From Selaginella moellendorffii (Eukaryota > Plantae > Lycopodiophyta), in the NCBI RefSeq assembly GCF_000143415.4, contig NW_003314391.1, positions 62,001-126,000 on the forward strand: 64,000 bases of DNA. The letters are read 5' to 3'. A program made the translations under genes and the position numbers. Under the pieces are notes generated by a model that worked only from the letters and a program-made list of their open reading frames with translations, was not told the DNA's origin and searched no databases. Position 1 is the first letter of the stretch. Each line of letters opens with the position of its first letter. This document shows, piece after piece, positions 36,344 through 47,692 of this stretch.

Positions 36344-37575
36344 TTGCTTAAAAAGAGTGAACACAACAAAGACATCATGCCTCTCCCTTGTCCTGACGCA
36401 TTATTGTCTTTATTCGATATGTCAGCAGGAATTGTCACGTCCAATGATGCAAGTTGGTTTTCAGTCATGAACCTCATGATTGGCGCCTTGAAGCGGTTGC
36501 CCAAGACGGTTGCAGGAGAAGTTTTTGCTGTCCTGCAGCTCCAGCGACTTAGTCGTGTTGGGCTACGTGTCGGTGTCTCTTTGGGTGTCCAACGAGGATG
36601 GCAGGTGCCCCACGAACCAGAACCACCACGAATTACCGGGTGTTTTTTCAGGTTGACGTGCAATACGCGCAATACGCCTCCTGTTGCGACTCAGTGAGTT
36701 TGGGCTACACAATCAGGGGCTACAGCCGGGCAAGGGACGCATGGGCGTTTTGGCATTTCAAGTCGTTGCCCCCACTTCCGCCGGAAGGAGGTTCGGATGA
36801 TGCAGGATCGGTGTATGGCAGGCTGGACCCGTTCATGTACCGGTCCAAGCTGATGGCAGCAGGCATTGTGGTTGTGGGGAAACACGCTGGTGGTGTGCCC
36901 TTCGCAAGGCCTTGCTTCGCTCCAAAGTGGATGGTCATCGTGGAGGCGGCCGATGAAGAAGCTGATGAGCAGCAGCTGGAGTGGACGATTGTGTCCAGCA
37001 TCGATGTGAGAGGCTTGTGCAGGAACGTGGAGCCCCATCACCTGCTTCCTTGCAAACGGGCTAACAACATGCTCTTTCTCCACTTGTTGGACCGACCGGT
37101 GGCCTTCAATCTGGACACTCGTGCTTGGCATTTGCACGTCCCTCGTTGGAACGTGAACCGAGAAGAGTCCGTATGGAACGTTGCCTACGTTCCCAGTTTA
37201 ACTGCTCCGCCTGACAACGACGGCCGAGTAGAGAGTTTGCGGCAAACTGGAACCTGGCCGCCTGGATGCTTTTGGATATGCCCGGAATGGGCATCTGGAC
37301 AGAGCCAAGGAGATGTTTCGTTTCAAATTGCCGGTGAGGGATCTGGTTTCTTGGAATGTCATGCTTTCCGGATGATGAATTGCGTGGAGGAGGCGAGGGC
37401 AGTGTTCGAGGAATCCCCGCAGCGGGATCTGGTGTCGTGGAACTCGATGCTGATGTTGTATGCCCGGAACGGTCACGCAGACGAGGCTAGTCAGATTTTC
37501 GGTGTGATGCCTCAGCAGGACGTATTTCGTGTGTTCTGCGAGATCTCAAAGGCGTCTTTGAAACGATGCCCTTAA
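36344..37575 (+). pseudogene. F-box-associated-like fragment fused to a PPR fragment
   Basis: AGIV..VMNxMTGALKRLP resembles F-box-associated repeats (weak match). EARAVFEESPQRDLVSWNSMLMLYARNG is a PPR motif. Confidence 0.5.
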
Positions 37576-38196
37576 ATTTTCATGCCTCTTGCCCTAAATT
37601 AATATTGATAAACTATACGATTTTAAAGCGTATTTTAGAATGCAAGTCAGCTAAACTAAACTAAAACAAAAAATTAGGGGGTTGCCAGGATTCGAACCTG
37701 GGGATAGGTTTATTCCTACCTGGTGACATAATTATTTGGAGATTATTCCAAGTATAGAAAATACAGGGTATTAGGGCAAGCGATTTTCTGACATAAATCA
37801 TTATTAAGTAGGCCCTAATTTTAGAAGCCTGGCTATGGCGGTGCATTTGTATTCGTGCTTAGAGGAGGCGTCGATCGATCATCCAGGTGAGTTGAGGAAT
37901 TAGTGAGCAGTCTTCAGCTATCAACAATCAAGAATGTCTCCTCTCATTCTGGTGGAGAAGAGTGCGGCCAAAAAGGCACTGAATGCGCTCACCAAGTCGA
38001 TGCTAGAAGGTGCGGCAGGATTTTTCCTGTTGCACAGCTGGTGCGGCCGGAAAAATCCTGCCGCCATTTTGGTGCGACCAAAAACTTAAATGTTTTTTAA
38101 GTAACATTCAGGACAATTTGAGCTTGTTTCTAAATCGATTTTTAGAAAAATGTATTTTCAGAGTTTGTCGAAGATTTGTCTGAAAGTTCCCGACTA

Positions 38197-38270
38197 TTAC
38201 GCAAGAACGTTGTAAGGGTTGAGAATGCCTTTAGGATCCAAGAGCTTCTTCATGTTCTTCATCAATTGCA
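38197..38270 (-). pseudogene. Last exon of an FAD-linked oxidase (D-2-hydroxyglutarate dehydrogenase-like)
   Basis: VQLMKNMKKLLDPKGILNPYNVLA*. Confidence 0.65.
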
Positions 38271-39436
38271 CCAAGGGAAAGCTTATCAGAAAAAAACCAA
38301 GGAAGTGCTGATTATTTACGGATTTAGGGCTTCTGCTGTAATGAATTGCGTGAGCTTTCGTCTGCACCTTTGTGATCTCGATGAGGAGATAGAACAGTTC
38401 ATTTACAGTAGGCAATGGATGACAATACTGATCTATTATGAGTGACTGAAGATCAACTAATAACAAAAAACTAAAGAACGAAGAAGGTTTACCTCATCAA
38501 AAGCAAAGGGTTGAGTTCATGGCACCGAGATTCAGTATAATCTGCTTGATTATATATCAAATTGCAACATTCTTGGAAAATTAAAAGATATCCAATTACC
38601 TCATCAAACAGAGGAACACTTCCTCCAATTAGTCCAGTGTGACCAACTTGAGAAACCTAATTTACTACTGTAGCAAAGTATTTCCGAAACCTTCATCCAC
38701 AATTTACAAACTAAATCTAGTTCACACCTGATTCGTGGTATGTGGACGAAGCAGTAGGCGACTAGAACCCTTAGACTTGCGCATCTAGTCGGTGTCCAGT
38801 TCATCCTGATCACAACCTTGTATGATTGAACAGAAGAGGAACTCGCATTTATGAGCTCTCACTCAATCCACCTTGAACTGTACCAAAAACGAAGAAAAAT
38901 GATCAGAAAAGAACCGGACGAATCCAACGATTATTGGATACGTACCAATTCATTGCAGAAGCCTTCCAGCCGGATCTTGAGCGCATTTTCACTGAAGAAC
39001 CCTAAAGTAGAAGACATTTTATATAATTTTTTAAAATAATTGCATGTTGTTTGAGGGATATTCTTCCTGCTTGAACCGATCACACCCGCTTACTGAGACT
39101 CCAGTGGGTCATTCAGCTCGTGAATTTTTTGCTTCTTTTTGTCAAAATTCAAATTTGACTTACCTAGAGTAGTCGTTTGCTGTTTGGGAAGTAATCTCTA
39201 AACCTGCATTGCTTGGACCTCGGATTCTGTCGAATCCTCACTCTCATACATTTGAACAAGCAAATTACACGGTGTTTTCGCTGAGGCGAAAAGCATCAGA
39301 AATTGCGGGTGAATTCCTGTTCCTTTGGAAGGAATGATAAAATATAAATAATATAGTATTTATTAGATATATTTAATATTCAATACATTTAATATATATT
39401 CAAAATATATCACAATACATAGCATATATATGGTAT

Positions 39437-41998
39437 TTATGCTGATGCCAGGAGCATGGTGTTACGCTCGGCCTCAAAGTTGGGTGCCACAGCCTGGTTA
39501 TAAATCTTGACACCTTTCAAGGAACCTGTGAAGAAGGAATTGCCCGAGCGAGAATCCCAACCCAGAAACACAGGGATAGATGCATCCAAGCTCCTCACCA
39601 CAGTGCCACTTTTAGAAGCTGACAGCTCGCCATCAATGTAGATCCGCCCCACACCGTTATCACGCACGGCCACAATGTGGTGCCACTCGCCGTCGTTGAT
39701 GGCAGAAGACGCAGAGAAGTCGAACTGAGTCGCAGAATTCCCATACACAAAGAAGTGAGGCTTGCCATGGACCAAGTAGAGCAAGTATTCGCCATTGAAA
39801 CCGTTTGTTGTGCTGCTTTGCGGGCTCCTTTGCTGGATGATGATCGCTCGTGAAATTTTACCAGCACTTGGGGGCACCTTCACCCACGCATGGATGGAGA
39901 AGGATGTCTTGCCAGACAGAGAGGGTTTTGTTCCTAGCACCACCTTGCCAGCGCCGTCGAAGGTAAGTCCGCCGTCGGGATTCCACGTCGTTGATCCCTC
40001 GATGCTCCCGGTTGCTCCGTTCCAGGACGAATCCTTTGCAGAGACTCCACTCTTGTCATCCAGCTTCCACCATGCCACGAGAGCTTCTGGCCAGGTGCTG
40101 AGATACCTGATCTCTTCCTGTTCTAGAGCTCGGCTGTAGATCTTTGCCCCCATCAAGGAACCCGTGAGGAATGAGGTGTTGTCGCGCGCATCAGCACCCA
40201 TGAACACGGGGATAGTTACATCCAAATACTTGATGTCGCCGCTTGCAGAGGCCGATAGCTTGCCATCAATGTAGATCTGGCCCTCGGCCTGATCACGAAC
40301 GGCTACGATGTGGTGCCATCCACCGTCGTTGATGGCAGCTGAGGCAGAGAATCTGAATTGATCTCCGGAGTCCGAAAACACCCAGAACCGGGGCTTGCCT
40401 TCAAACAGACTGAGCTGATATCCTCCGTCGGAGCCACTTGTGATGCTGCTCAGTGGACTCCTTTGCTGGATGATGACTTGTTCTGAAGTACTGGTAACAT
40501 ATATCCACAAGGCGATGGAGAAGGATGTCTTGCCTCTGATGGAGGGACTTGCGCCGAGTGACACCGTCCCTGCACCTCCAAAGGAAAGCCCATTGCCGTT
40601 GTTCCAGGATCCTCCTTTGAGTACCCCATTCGCTGCATGCCCAGACGAATCTTGCACTTTCGAGCCGCTCGCCTCATCCATCTTCCACCAGCCCAGGAGA
40701 GCAGCGGGACGGAGGGTTACGTATCCTGTGGAGCTTCTCAAGAGGGAATTCTGGATAGTGTACTTGAGATGGTCGAGAAACAATCCTGCTGCCAAAGACG
40801 GCGTGTAAGTAATCTGGTTCCAGCTAGAGTTTGAGATGCTAGTGGCACTGCCCAAAGCCGAAGGAGACTGGACCGAGGCGATCGTGAGTGATTTGACGTC
40901 GGCATCCAGATCGTTGGCCAGAACGTCCAGGCTCTTGAAGCAAGTGCAACAGGTGCAATTCTGCGGGATGTCGATCGCATCCATATTCGCACGGGGTGGA
41001 CGGGCAACCGTAATGTTGCTTGCAAGGCGAGGAACACCAGACTTGTAGCGCAGGATCTTGGCAAGCTCGGAAGACGAGAAACGGGAGAGCTGGTTGTCGG
41101 ACATGATAGTCGGTCCCTCGGGCCGTCCACCACCTTCGTAGTGGCTAGATCCCCAGTTGTGACCAGCCTCGTGCCGCCAGATGACCGTGAAATCTCCGTT
41201 TGCAGTAGCGCTGATGGCCGAGTATCCCACCGGCTTAGCCGCCGTTGCTACCCATGCCAAGCCTCCGTTAGCCCGAGGATGGGCAACCAAGCAGAGCTTG
41301 TGAGTGTTGCCTACCACGGAAGCAATGGCACCTCTCCATTGTTTCTCCACCCTGTCGAGCAGGACTCCGGTCTTGGGGTTTCCATATGGATCTTGGGACT
41401 GACTTGCACGGATCACCACTTTCCCAATCGTGTGAAGAATGGAAGCATCTCGGAGGAAGGGCATATTCGCAGACAGGATGGAGAACTCTGCCATGTTCAC
41501 TGTGTTCTCGACGCTAGAACCTGTTGAAAGGTAGTACAAGTAAGTAGCATCCACTCCGACTTCCGCTACGAAGAGTACAGCGTCGGATTTGGAAGCAGGA
41601 ACGAGGCTGGTTGGCCACTGGGGATTCGAGTTCCAACCCGTGGTTCCCCTCACCGAGGCCTCGCCTCCGGTGCTGCTCCACTCCACCCCGTTCTCGAAGC
41701 TGATTCGACAAAGCAGAGTTCCGTTGACGTTGAGCAAGGCCGTGGCCATGGCACCGGGGTGGTCTCTTACTGAACCCAGGTACGTACGAGAAGGCGGGAT
41801 GTTGTCGTATGAGAGAAAGCTGCCACTGTCATTCTGCACTAGCACGCCAAAGTTGGGACTGCGGATTGAGAAGGGCTTCAAGTCCACCGTCACTTTGTCC
41901 CCGCCACTGCTGATGGTTCGAACCAGATCATCCTGCTGCTCGGCACTTCTTGCGACTAGGAAGAGCAGAAGAAGAGTGATGAGAACAAGGCGAAACAT
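39437..41998 (-). CDS. Secreted metzincin (reprolysin/M12-like) metalloprotease with cadherin/Ig-like and two LamG domains, 853 aa, intronless, copy A
   Basis: Signal peptide MFRLVLITLLLLFLVARSA. Zinc motif HEAGHNWGSSH (41141-41173) with Met-turn TIMS. LDVLANDLDAD..LTI repeat. Two WWKxD..DSS..NG...DGxWHHIVAVRD..IYIDG LamG repeats. TATAAAA at 42035-42041. Confidence 0.9.
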   Translation of the reverse strand: MFRLVLITLLLLFLVARSAEQQDDLVRTISSGGDKVTVDLKPFSIRSPNFGVLVQNDSGSFLSYDNIPPSRTYLGSVRDHPGAMATALLNVNGTLLCRISFENGVEWSSTGGEASVRGTTGWNSNPQWPTSLVPASKSDAVLFVAEVGVDATYLYYLSTGSSVENTVNMAEFSILSANMPFLRDASILHTIGKVVIRASQSQDPYGNPKTGVLLDRVEKQWRGAIASVVGNTHKLCLVAHPRANGGLAWVATAAKPVGYSAISATANGDFTVIWRHEAGHNWGSSHYEGGGRPEGPTIMSDNQLSRFSSSELAKILRYKSGVPRLASNITVARPPRANMDAIDIPQNCTCCTCFKSLDVLANDLDADVKSLTIASVQSPSALGSATSISNSSWNQITYTPSLAAGLFLDHLKYTIQNSLLRSSTGYVTLRPAALLGWWKMDEASGSKVQDSSGHAANGVLKGGSWNNGNGLSFGGAGTVSLGASPSIRGKTSFSIALWIYVTSTSEQVIIQQRSPLSSITSGSDGGYQLSLFEGKPRFWVFSDSGDQFRFSASAAINDGGWHHIVAVRDQAEGQIYIDGKLSASASGDIKYLDVTIPVFMGADARDNTSFLTGSLMGAKIYSRALEQEEIRYLSTWPEALVAWWKLDDKSGVSAKDSSWNGATGSIEGSTTWNPDGGLTFDGAGKVVLGTKPSLSGKTSFSIHAWVKVPPSAGKISRAIIIQQRSPQSSTTNGFNGEYLLYLVHGKPHFFVYGNSATQFDFSASSAINDGEWHHIVAVRDNGVGRIYIDGELSASKSGTVVRSLDASIPVFLGWDSRSGNSFFTGSLKGVKIYNQAVAPNFEAERNTMLLASA

Positions 41999-43257
41999 TT
42001 TCTTGGATCTGCAGAGAAACGAATGCAAAGTGGGTTTTATAGTCGCTAGTTTGGCTGTAGTGACACTGGGCCCAAGCGAAGGCTGTGCGCCACATATATT
42101 GATATACGCTCACAGCCAAAGGCTCGCATATCTGATATATGTCACCATATGTCACAGACTCGAGTCGCGACATGCCCGATGGTACACTGGTCCCAAACCA
42201 AGAGATGACTATGGTACGGGTACGTCTATATTCGATTCTCTAGATATTTTACAGCTAAACATAACTTGACAACAAAAGTACTGACTACTCTTTGAGACGT
42301 GTTTGTGAGTTTGGTGTGGATGGACGGGTAGGTGGCACATATATCCAGGTCAGCGCTGCTTATCATCTAGATCTGTGGTGAGAGCTTGGGATCTTTAGGT
42401 ACTTAGATACGAATATCTTGCATTGCTCCAGTGCCGCTTTCAAAATGACCAGCACTGATCTTCAAATCCAGCAAACCAGCGGAGAAATAAACACTTGACA
42501 AGAAATCACAAGTTCCTTTTTAAGTTGGGAGGCTTGATTCGCTGGGCAAGACGTCCAACATGAACTTGGCCATGATTGGCTTAAACACACAAGGCCCATC
42601 AAGTTTGAATGTGCAAGCGCCGGGATTGACAGATGATTGACGTAAACCATCCAAGCAAAACAAACAAGTTCATGTCAGGTGCTTAATCCCACTAATATAC
42701 ACCCATGCCAGTGTGTAATCAACCTGGTACAATCCTCAGCTCTTGTAGCGCTGGTGAGCCAAACGTGCATCTTACCGTGCTTTGGCAACGTGTTTAACCC
42801 GGGGCAGCAAAACTCTCTCCATTCGAAATGAGCCACGTGGCATAAAGGCCGCATCTCGCCACGTGGCCGGGTCACGGTTGATGAGATTGACGATGATGGG
42901 TGAATGCAAAAAATATTTCTGAATATTTAAAAGATGCTTTTAGAATCTTTTCATTTTTTTAGGTTTTTTAAGTTTGAAGCTGACAAACGCGTTTGGAGCA
43001 TAATTTGGCGTTTGCAAACGCGTTTGCGTCTATGCGTTTGCAACGTTTGTGCGTCTGCCTGGTAAGTATGTATCAAACCCTACCCGGTGTGGCTTCAGTC
43101 GTGATTGCTGCAAGATCGTTCACCTTCTTCATGCTTGGTGTTTGGCTTCAGCTTTCGGAGAGCAGAAAAAAGACTGTTAGAAGCTTGGAACTTGGAAGTG
43201 GTTTTCTGATAAAAATTAAATCTTTCTTGGCTGTGAACAATGGTAACTGACTACTAC

Positions 43258-43566
43258 ACAGAAAAGTTTTGGCTGTTTTTGAAAAATAATATTTTTCCGA
43301 TGTAAAAAAATAAACAATATAGTCTAGAGTATCATTTACATCGTTTAGACATGATATATCGTGTATATAATTTTTGTTTATATCGTTTTCATTTGGAAAT
43401 TCTATGTGCCCAAACGAAGTTGCCAGAAATTCCCAATAAGGTTTTTTGATGTCGTTCCTGGTTCTCAACAACAGTAGATCACATACAGAAAATTTCTGAC
43501 AGTTTTGAAAAATGATATTTTTCCGATGTAAAAGAAATTAAAAATACAGTCTATAGTATCATTTAC
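43258..43566. repeat. Two ~80-bp AT-rich direct repeats
   Basis: ACAGAAAA..TTTTCCGATGTAAAA..AGTATCATTTAC at ~43258 and ~43486. Confidence 0.7.
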
Positions 43567-43749
43567 TCCCGACATTGCGATTCCTCGTGTTACTTTGCGA
43601 AGAGGATGACCTAAAGGAAGATCTTCGGAATTTTAGGGTTCTTCGACAAAGATTCTTTTGGCGCTCGACGGATGGATGCATTTCCTTCGACCCGCGCTCC
43701 ACAGGTACTGCCACAGATTGGGACAATGCCGGGGTCACAGCACAGGGTG

Positions 43750-44110
43750 CTCAGCGGAGCTCCTTTCGGGGTTGAAATCCTGCGGGAGCTCCAAGGATTT
43801 AGAGAAGGGAAGGGTGCTCCACGATCGCGCCATCCAGAGCGGGGTTTGCTCCAATCTCTACGTTTCTTGCAGCTTGATCGGCATGTATGGGAGGTGTGGC
43901 AGCCTGGTTGAGGCGAGGAGGGTGTTTGACAGGATGCCTTGCCACAATGTAGTGGCCTGGAACACTTTCATCTTGGGACACGCAGAGAATGGCGAAGAAT
44001 CTCGTGCTCTGGAAGCCTTCTCATGGATGGAAAGCCAGGGTTGCGCACCGGATTCCGGGACATTCTTTGCAGCGATCAAGGCTTGCTCAAGTTTTGGAAG
44101 CGACTGCAAA
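43750..44110 (+). pseudogene. PPR fragment
   Basis: LKSCGSSKDLEKGRVLH..LIGMYGRCGSLVEARRVFDRMPCHNVVAWN. Confidence 0.85.
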
Positions 44111-44117
44111 AGAAAAA

Positions 44118-44556
44118 GGAAGATCTCGAGCCACGAAACCATGAATTCCAACCAGCGATGTGACCTTATCGGACCGGGAAACGGCAGTGCGTACTCGAGT
44201 AGCAACTTTACTTGTCCCTGGGACAGCATCCATTGAGCAAGACCTCGCGGTGGACAAGAGGCATTCCACCTGGTTGCGCGCGGCCCGTGAAGAGAAACTT
44301 TTCCGCGAAAGATGCCCAATGCGGGCATATGCGATCACCATCGTAGTCCAGGTCACCACGTCCCTCTCCTACAGAGAATCAATGGTTTTTCTCTCCTCAG
44401 AAACGCGATTGTCATCGAAAAAGGCCCCTAACAGGATTTTCAAGGAGAAGACATTGGAATTCTGGATCGAGTAAAACACCTTGATCGCCTCGCCAATATG
44501 CCCAAATCGGGCATATAGTGATAGCAAGAGGTTACACAAGAATGTGCATTCCCGGT
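44118..44556 (-). pseudogene. PPR fragment, with a paralogous copy at 46062-46487
   Basis: LCNLLLSLYARFGHIGEAIKVF and VVTWTTMVIAYARIGH. Confidence 0.8.
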
Positions 44557-45879
44557 CGATCCGGCACGCTTCCCTGTGATTGCCACATCCGCGCAGGCTT
44601 TGTCCAGTTCGTTGAACAAACATTTTGGTTAGAACAAACAGTTCACGAACTTGTTAAACTTCGATGTCCATCTCGTTGAACAGCAAACATCTTAGTTAGA
44701 GCAAACAGTATACGACTTGATCTGAGCGTCTTTTCTTGTAAATTCACGCTATGATCACTGTGCTTCCTGTACACATTGCATGCCTTCAGAGTTTCAATGA
44801 TCGTTGTTTTCATTGAGGTTGGACCATTGTCATGTACGTCTTCAGCTGGATTGAAGTTCTGAAGATCAACAGGCAATGTTGTTTCTCAGCTCGCAGGTCT
44901 TTGTTGAGCGCAGCAACAACACATCTCTCCAAAACGTGGACACAAAATCTCTCCAATCTCGTAGCATTTTCATCTTGGCACACTGTGACACGGCATTTGA
45001 GTTCTTATCGTCGTTGAGCAGCTTTCTTAATGACAAGAAATTAGAACAAATTGAAACACACTCAAACCTGAAGCTAAGTATCGTCACTTTCAATGATCAT
45101 TAAGTTTGTTTGTATTCACACAGCGTTGTCCACATCAGTGAGTTTCCCTTCACGTTGAGAGTTCCTTGGCCCGTTGTTTAGGACTTTGAATTTTTGAATT
45201 GTTTGAACATATTGACTATCACTGGCTTCTTTTATTGTTGATTAGCTCGTTGCAAGCAGCTTCGCTTTCTTGTCCCCAGCAAATCTACTCTCTTATTGCT
45301 AACGCAAAGAAAAACCCTACCTAAACAAACTTACCTTGCGAGGGTGGAGAGAGGTGCGAAGCGTTCTACCTGGGCAGAGTGGACCGGACCGGCCAAGGGG
45401 CCAACCCAGTTATGTCTTTCAACGATGAACCCTAAACATGACCTAAATACCACTTTAAAAAAAAGGGGAAAAAAGGGGAAAACGGAGAGTTTTCTCAATT
45501 AGTCCAAAACGAAGCATCTTACCAGCTACTTAATTGGACGGATGACAGCCTGCTGGATGGCTCTTCCGTATGGACGGACTTGAGTTGCAGTTTGTGGTCC
45601 TAAGCGAATTGAAAGAGCAATGTTCTTCACAATACAAAAAGAATGCCCGTGATCATGAATTTGATGCTTGTAGCATTGTGTTCATGAGATTTGATCCTAT
45701 TTAGCAATCAAACATTAATTTGGCTTCTTCTCGTGCTGTGCTGCAGTTTCATCCACGCCACCATGAATCTGCACGAAGCTCGCCAGCCCTTGTCCACTGC
45801 CGAACAGGAATTAAGCAATTCGTAAACTTCTTTAACGAGTAGACGCTTCTTGCCATGCCTGTGAGATAGCATTCGCTTC

Positions 45880-46060
45880 TTACTTCGGTTAGTTCGTCTG
45901 GCAGTCCGGATCTCTTTCGGTGTCTTTCCTTTGATCGAGCTAGAGTCAACTGGTCAAGTCCACCAGTGGTTTCATGTCAAGACTTTCAGTCGCCAACGTG
46001 AGCTCACACAACGTCTTGGGGTTTAGCAAAATGAACTTTTCATCGAAAAACTTCCTCTCC
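45880..46060 (-). pseudogene. SKP1-like (ASK20/21-type) exon fragment
   Basis: FDEKFILLNPKTLCELTLATESLDMKPLVDLTS..LPDELTE followed by a GTAAG donor. Confidence 0.7.
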
Positions 46061-46693
46061 AAGGAAGATCTCGAGGCACGAAACCATGAATTCCAACCAG
46101 CGATGTGACCTATGCGGCAGTACGTACTCGAATAGCAACTGAGATTAATTTGACTTGTCCTTGGGACAGCATCCGTTGAACAAGACCTCGCGGTGGACGA
46201 GAGGCATTTCACCTGGTTGCGCCGTGGCCCGTGAAGAGAAACGTTGCCGCAAAATATGCCCAATGCGGGCATATGCGATCACCATCGTAGTCCACCCTCT
46301 CCTGTAGAGAATCAAAGGTTTTTCCCTCCCCAGAAACGCAATTGTCATCGCAAAAGGCCCGTAACAGGATTTTCGAAGAGAAGACATTGGGATCCTGAAT
46401 CGAGTGAAAGACCTTGATCGCCTCGTCAATGTGCCCAAACCGGGCATGTAGTGATAGCAAGAGGTTACACAAGAATGTGCACTGCCGGAGCTTAGCTCGT
46501 CTTTGGTTCTTGAGAATAATCTCTGGCTGCCATGGAGAGAAGAAAGACTTGGTTGACGTGAGACCTGAAGAGTTCGTGTATAAAACGCACCAAGAAGAGC
46601 CACATCAAATTCCCATGGACTCAAAGCCTTGTCTCCCACCAAGGAATGGGAGTGACAATACGCATTATGGTTTTCTTTTCTTGGTGGGAGATC

Positions 46694-47190
46694 TTTCGCA
46701 AACAATACGCAATATTATGAACTTCCATGTCTTGTCTGCATGTCTCTGAGAAGGCATACCTGAGTCCAGCCGCTATCAATTCGGCAATCATAACGACAGG
46801 TAACACTACGTGTTTTCCAGAAGAAAACAATCAATTCTTTTCTCTTGTTTTGCAGCAGGTTTTGTCACTGATAACTCTGTGGAGCCGATCAAAGACGCAG
46901 GATTGCTCTCCGGCACCTTCGGTGGAGACCACATCAATCCAAACGTGGCTGCTCATCCGGGCCTCGTCTACAATGCCAAGGCGCCCGAATTCACGGACTT
47001 TCTGTGTGGATTGAGGCAGGAAATACGAAACGTCTCCACTTTCGCAAACTTGAAACCATCTATTCCACACGACAACGCAGCAATCTCAACTATCCCTCCA
47101 TCGGGATCTCTTTGCTCAAAGGAAAGAGGATCATCCACCGGCGAGTGACAAACGTAGACGACGACGCTACCACGTACCGAGCAACAAGCG
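46694..47190 (+). pseudogene. Second subtilase C-terminal fragment (paralog of 26480-26985)
   Basis: SPAAINSAIITT, GDHINPNVAAHPGLVY, RRVTNVD. Confidence 0.8.
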
Positions 47191-47692
47191 TGGAGGCTCC
47201 GATATCTTCCAAATGGCTCGCAAAGATAAAGTATCCTTCATCTTGAGGAATTTATGTGCTTTTCGATTTTACGTCTACCAGCAGTGTGGACATACTGGAT
47301 AATCTTCGCGATTCTATCTATGGGCACGTAGAAATCGATGTCTCCTGGAGTCTCTTCGTAGCGGTCTTGCCCCAAAAAGGGTGTCTAAGTTTCGATCCCA
47401 TTTATAATCTAGCAAATCAAAAGAAACACGCAAACTCCTAAAAATGTCACCGTGTTGGAACGTTGAAAAATCATAAACTGAGCTAAATTTCAATATTTAC
47501 GTGTATAGTAGTGTAGTCGATGTAGTAGAAATTTTGCATTCTAGCCGCAATGTGGAGTCATGTACTAGCTGAGTAGTCAAGATAAGCGTCGCTCCCAGGA
47601 CTATATAAACAAGGCCTTTCCAGAGCTCAACTCATCTCTAGTTAAAGTTGTTTACTCATTTTCTTCTTGGTTATTTCTTGTTCTATCTCATT

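Larger units (their letters stand above)
23314..42800 (+). repeat. Segmental duplication copy A
   Basis: Colinear with 47693-61087. Differs by the Copia insertion, an extra 26516-27959 block and small indels. Confidence 0.95.

Noticed and set aside
36598-37575. 325-aa ORF as an intact gene
   Set aside because: Chimeric; the frame is not conserved in copy B because of indels.
37676-37706. tRNA B-box/T-arm-like GGTTCGAATCC on the minus strand (similar motifs at ~6385-6425 and ~18390)
   Set aside because: No cloverleaf or A-box recognisable; at most a SINE relic.
41999-42028. ORF-track N-terminal extension of the protease, and CTGCAG as a possible splice acceptor
   Set aside because: The extension starts at TTG. 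The ATG at 41998 directly precedes the signal peptide, and a TATA box sits just upstream.
39595-42269. Antisense and alternate-frame ORFs over the protease, OMT, CCR-like and Copia genes
   Set aside because: Shadow ORFs with no recognisable motifs.
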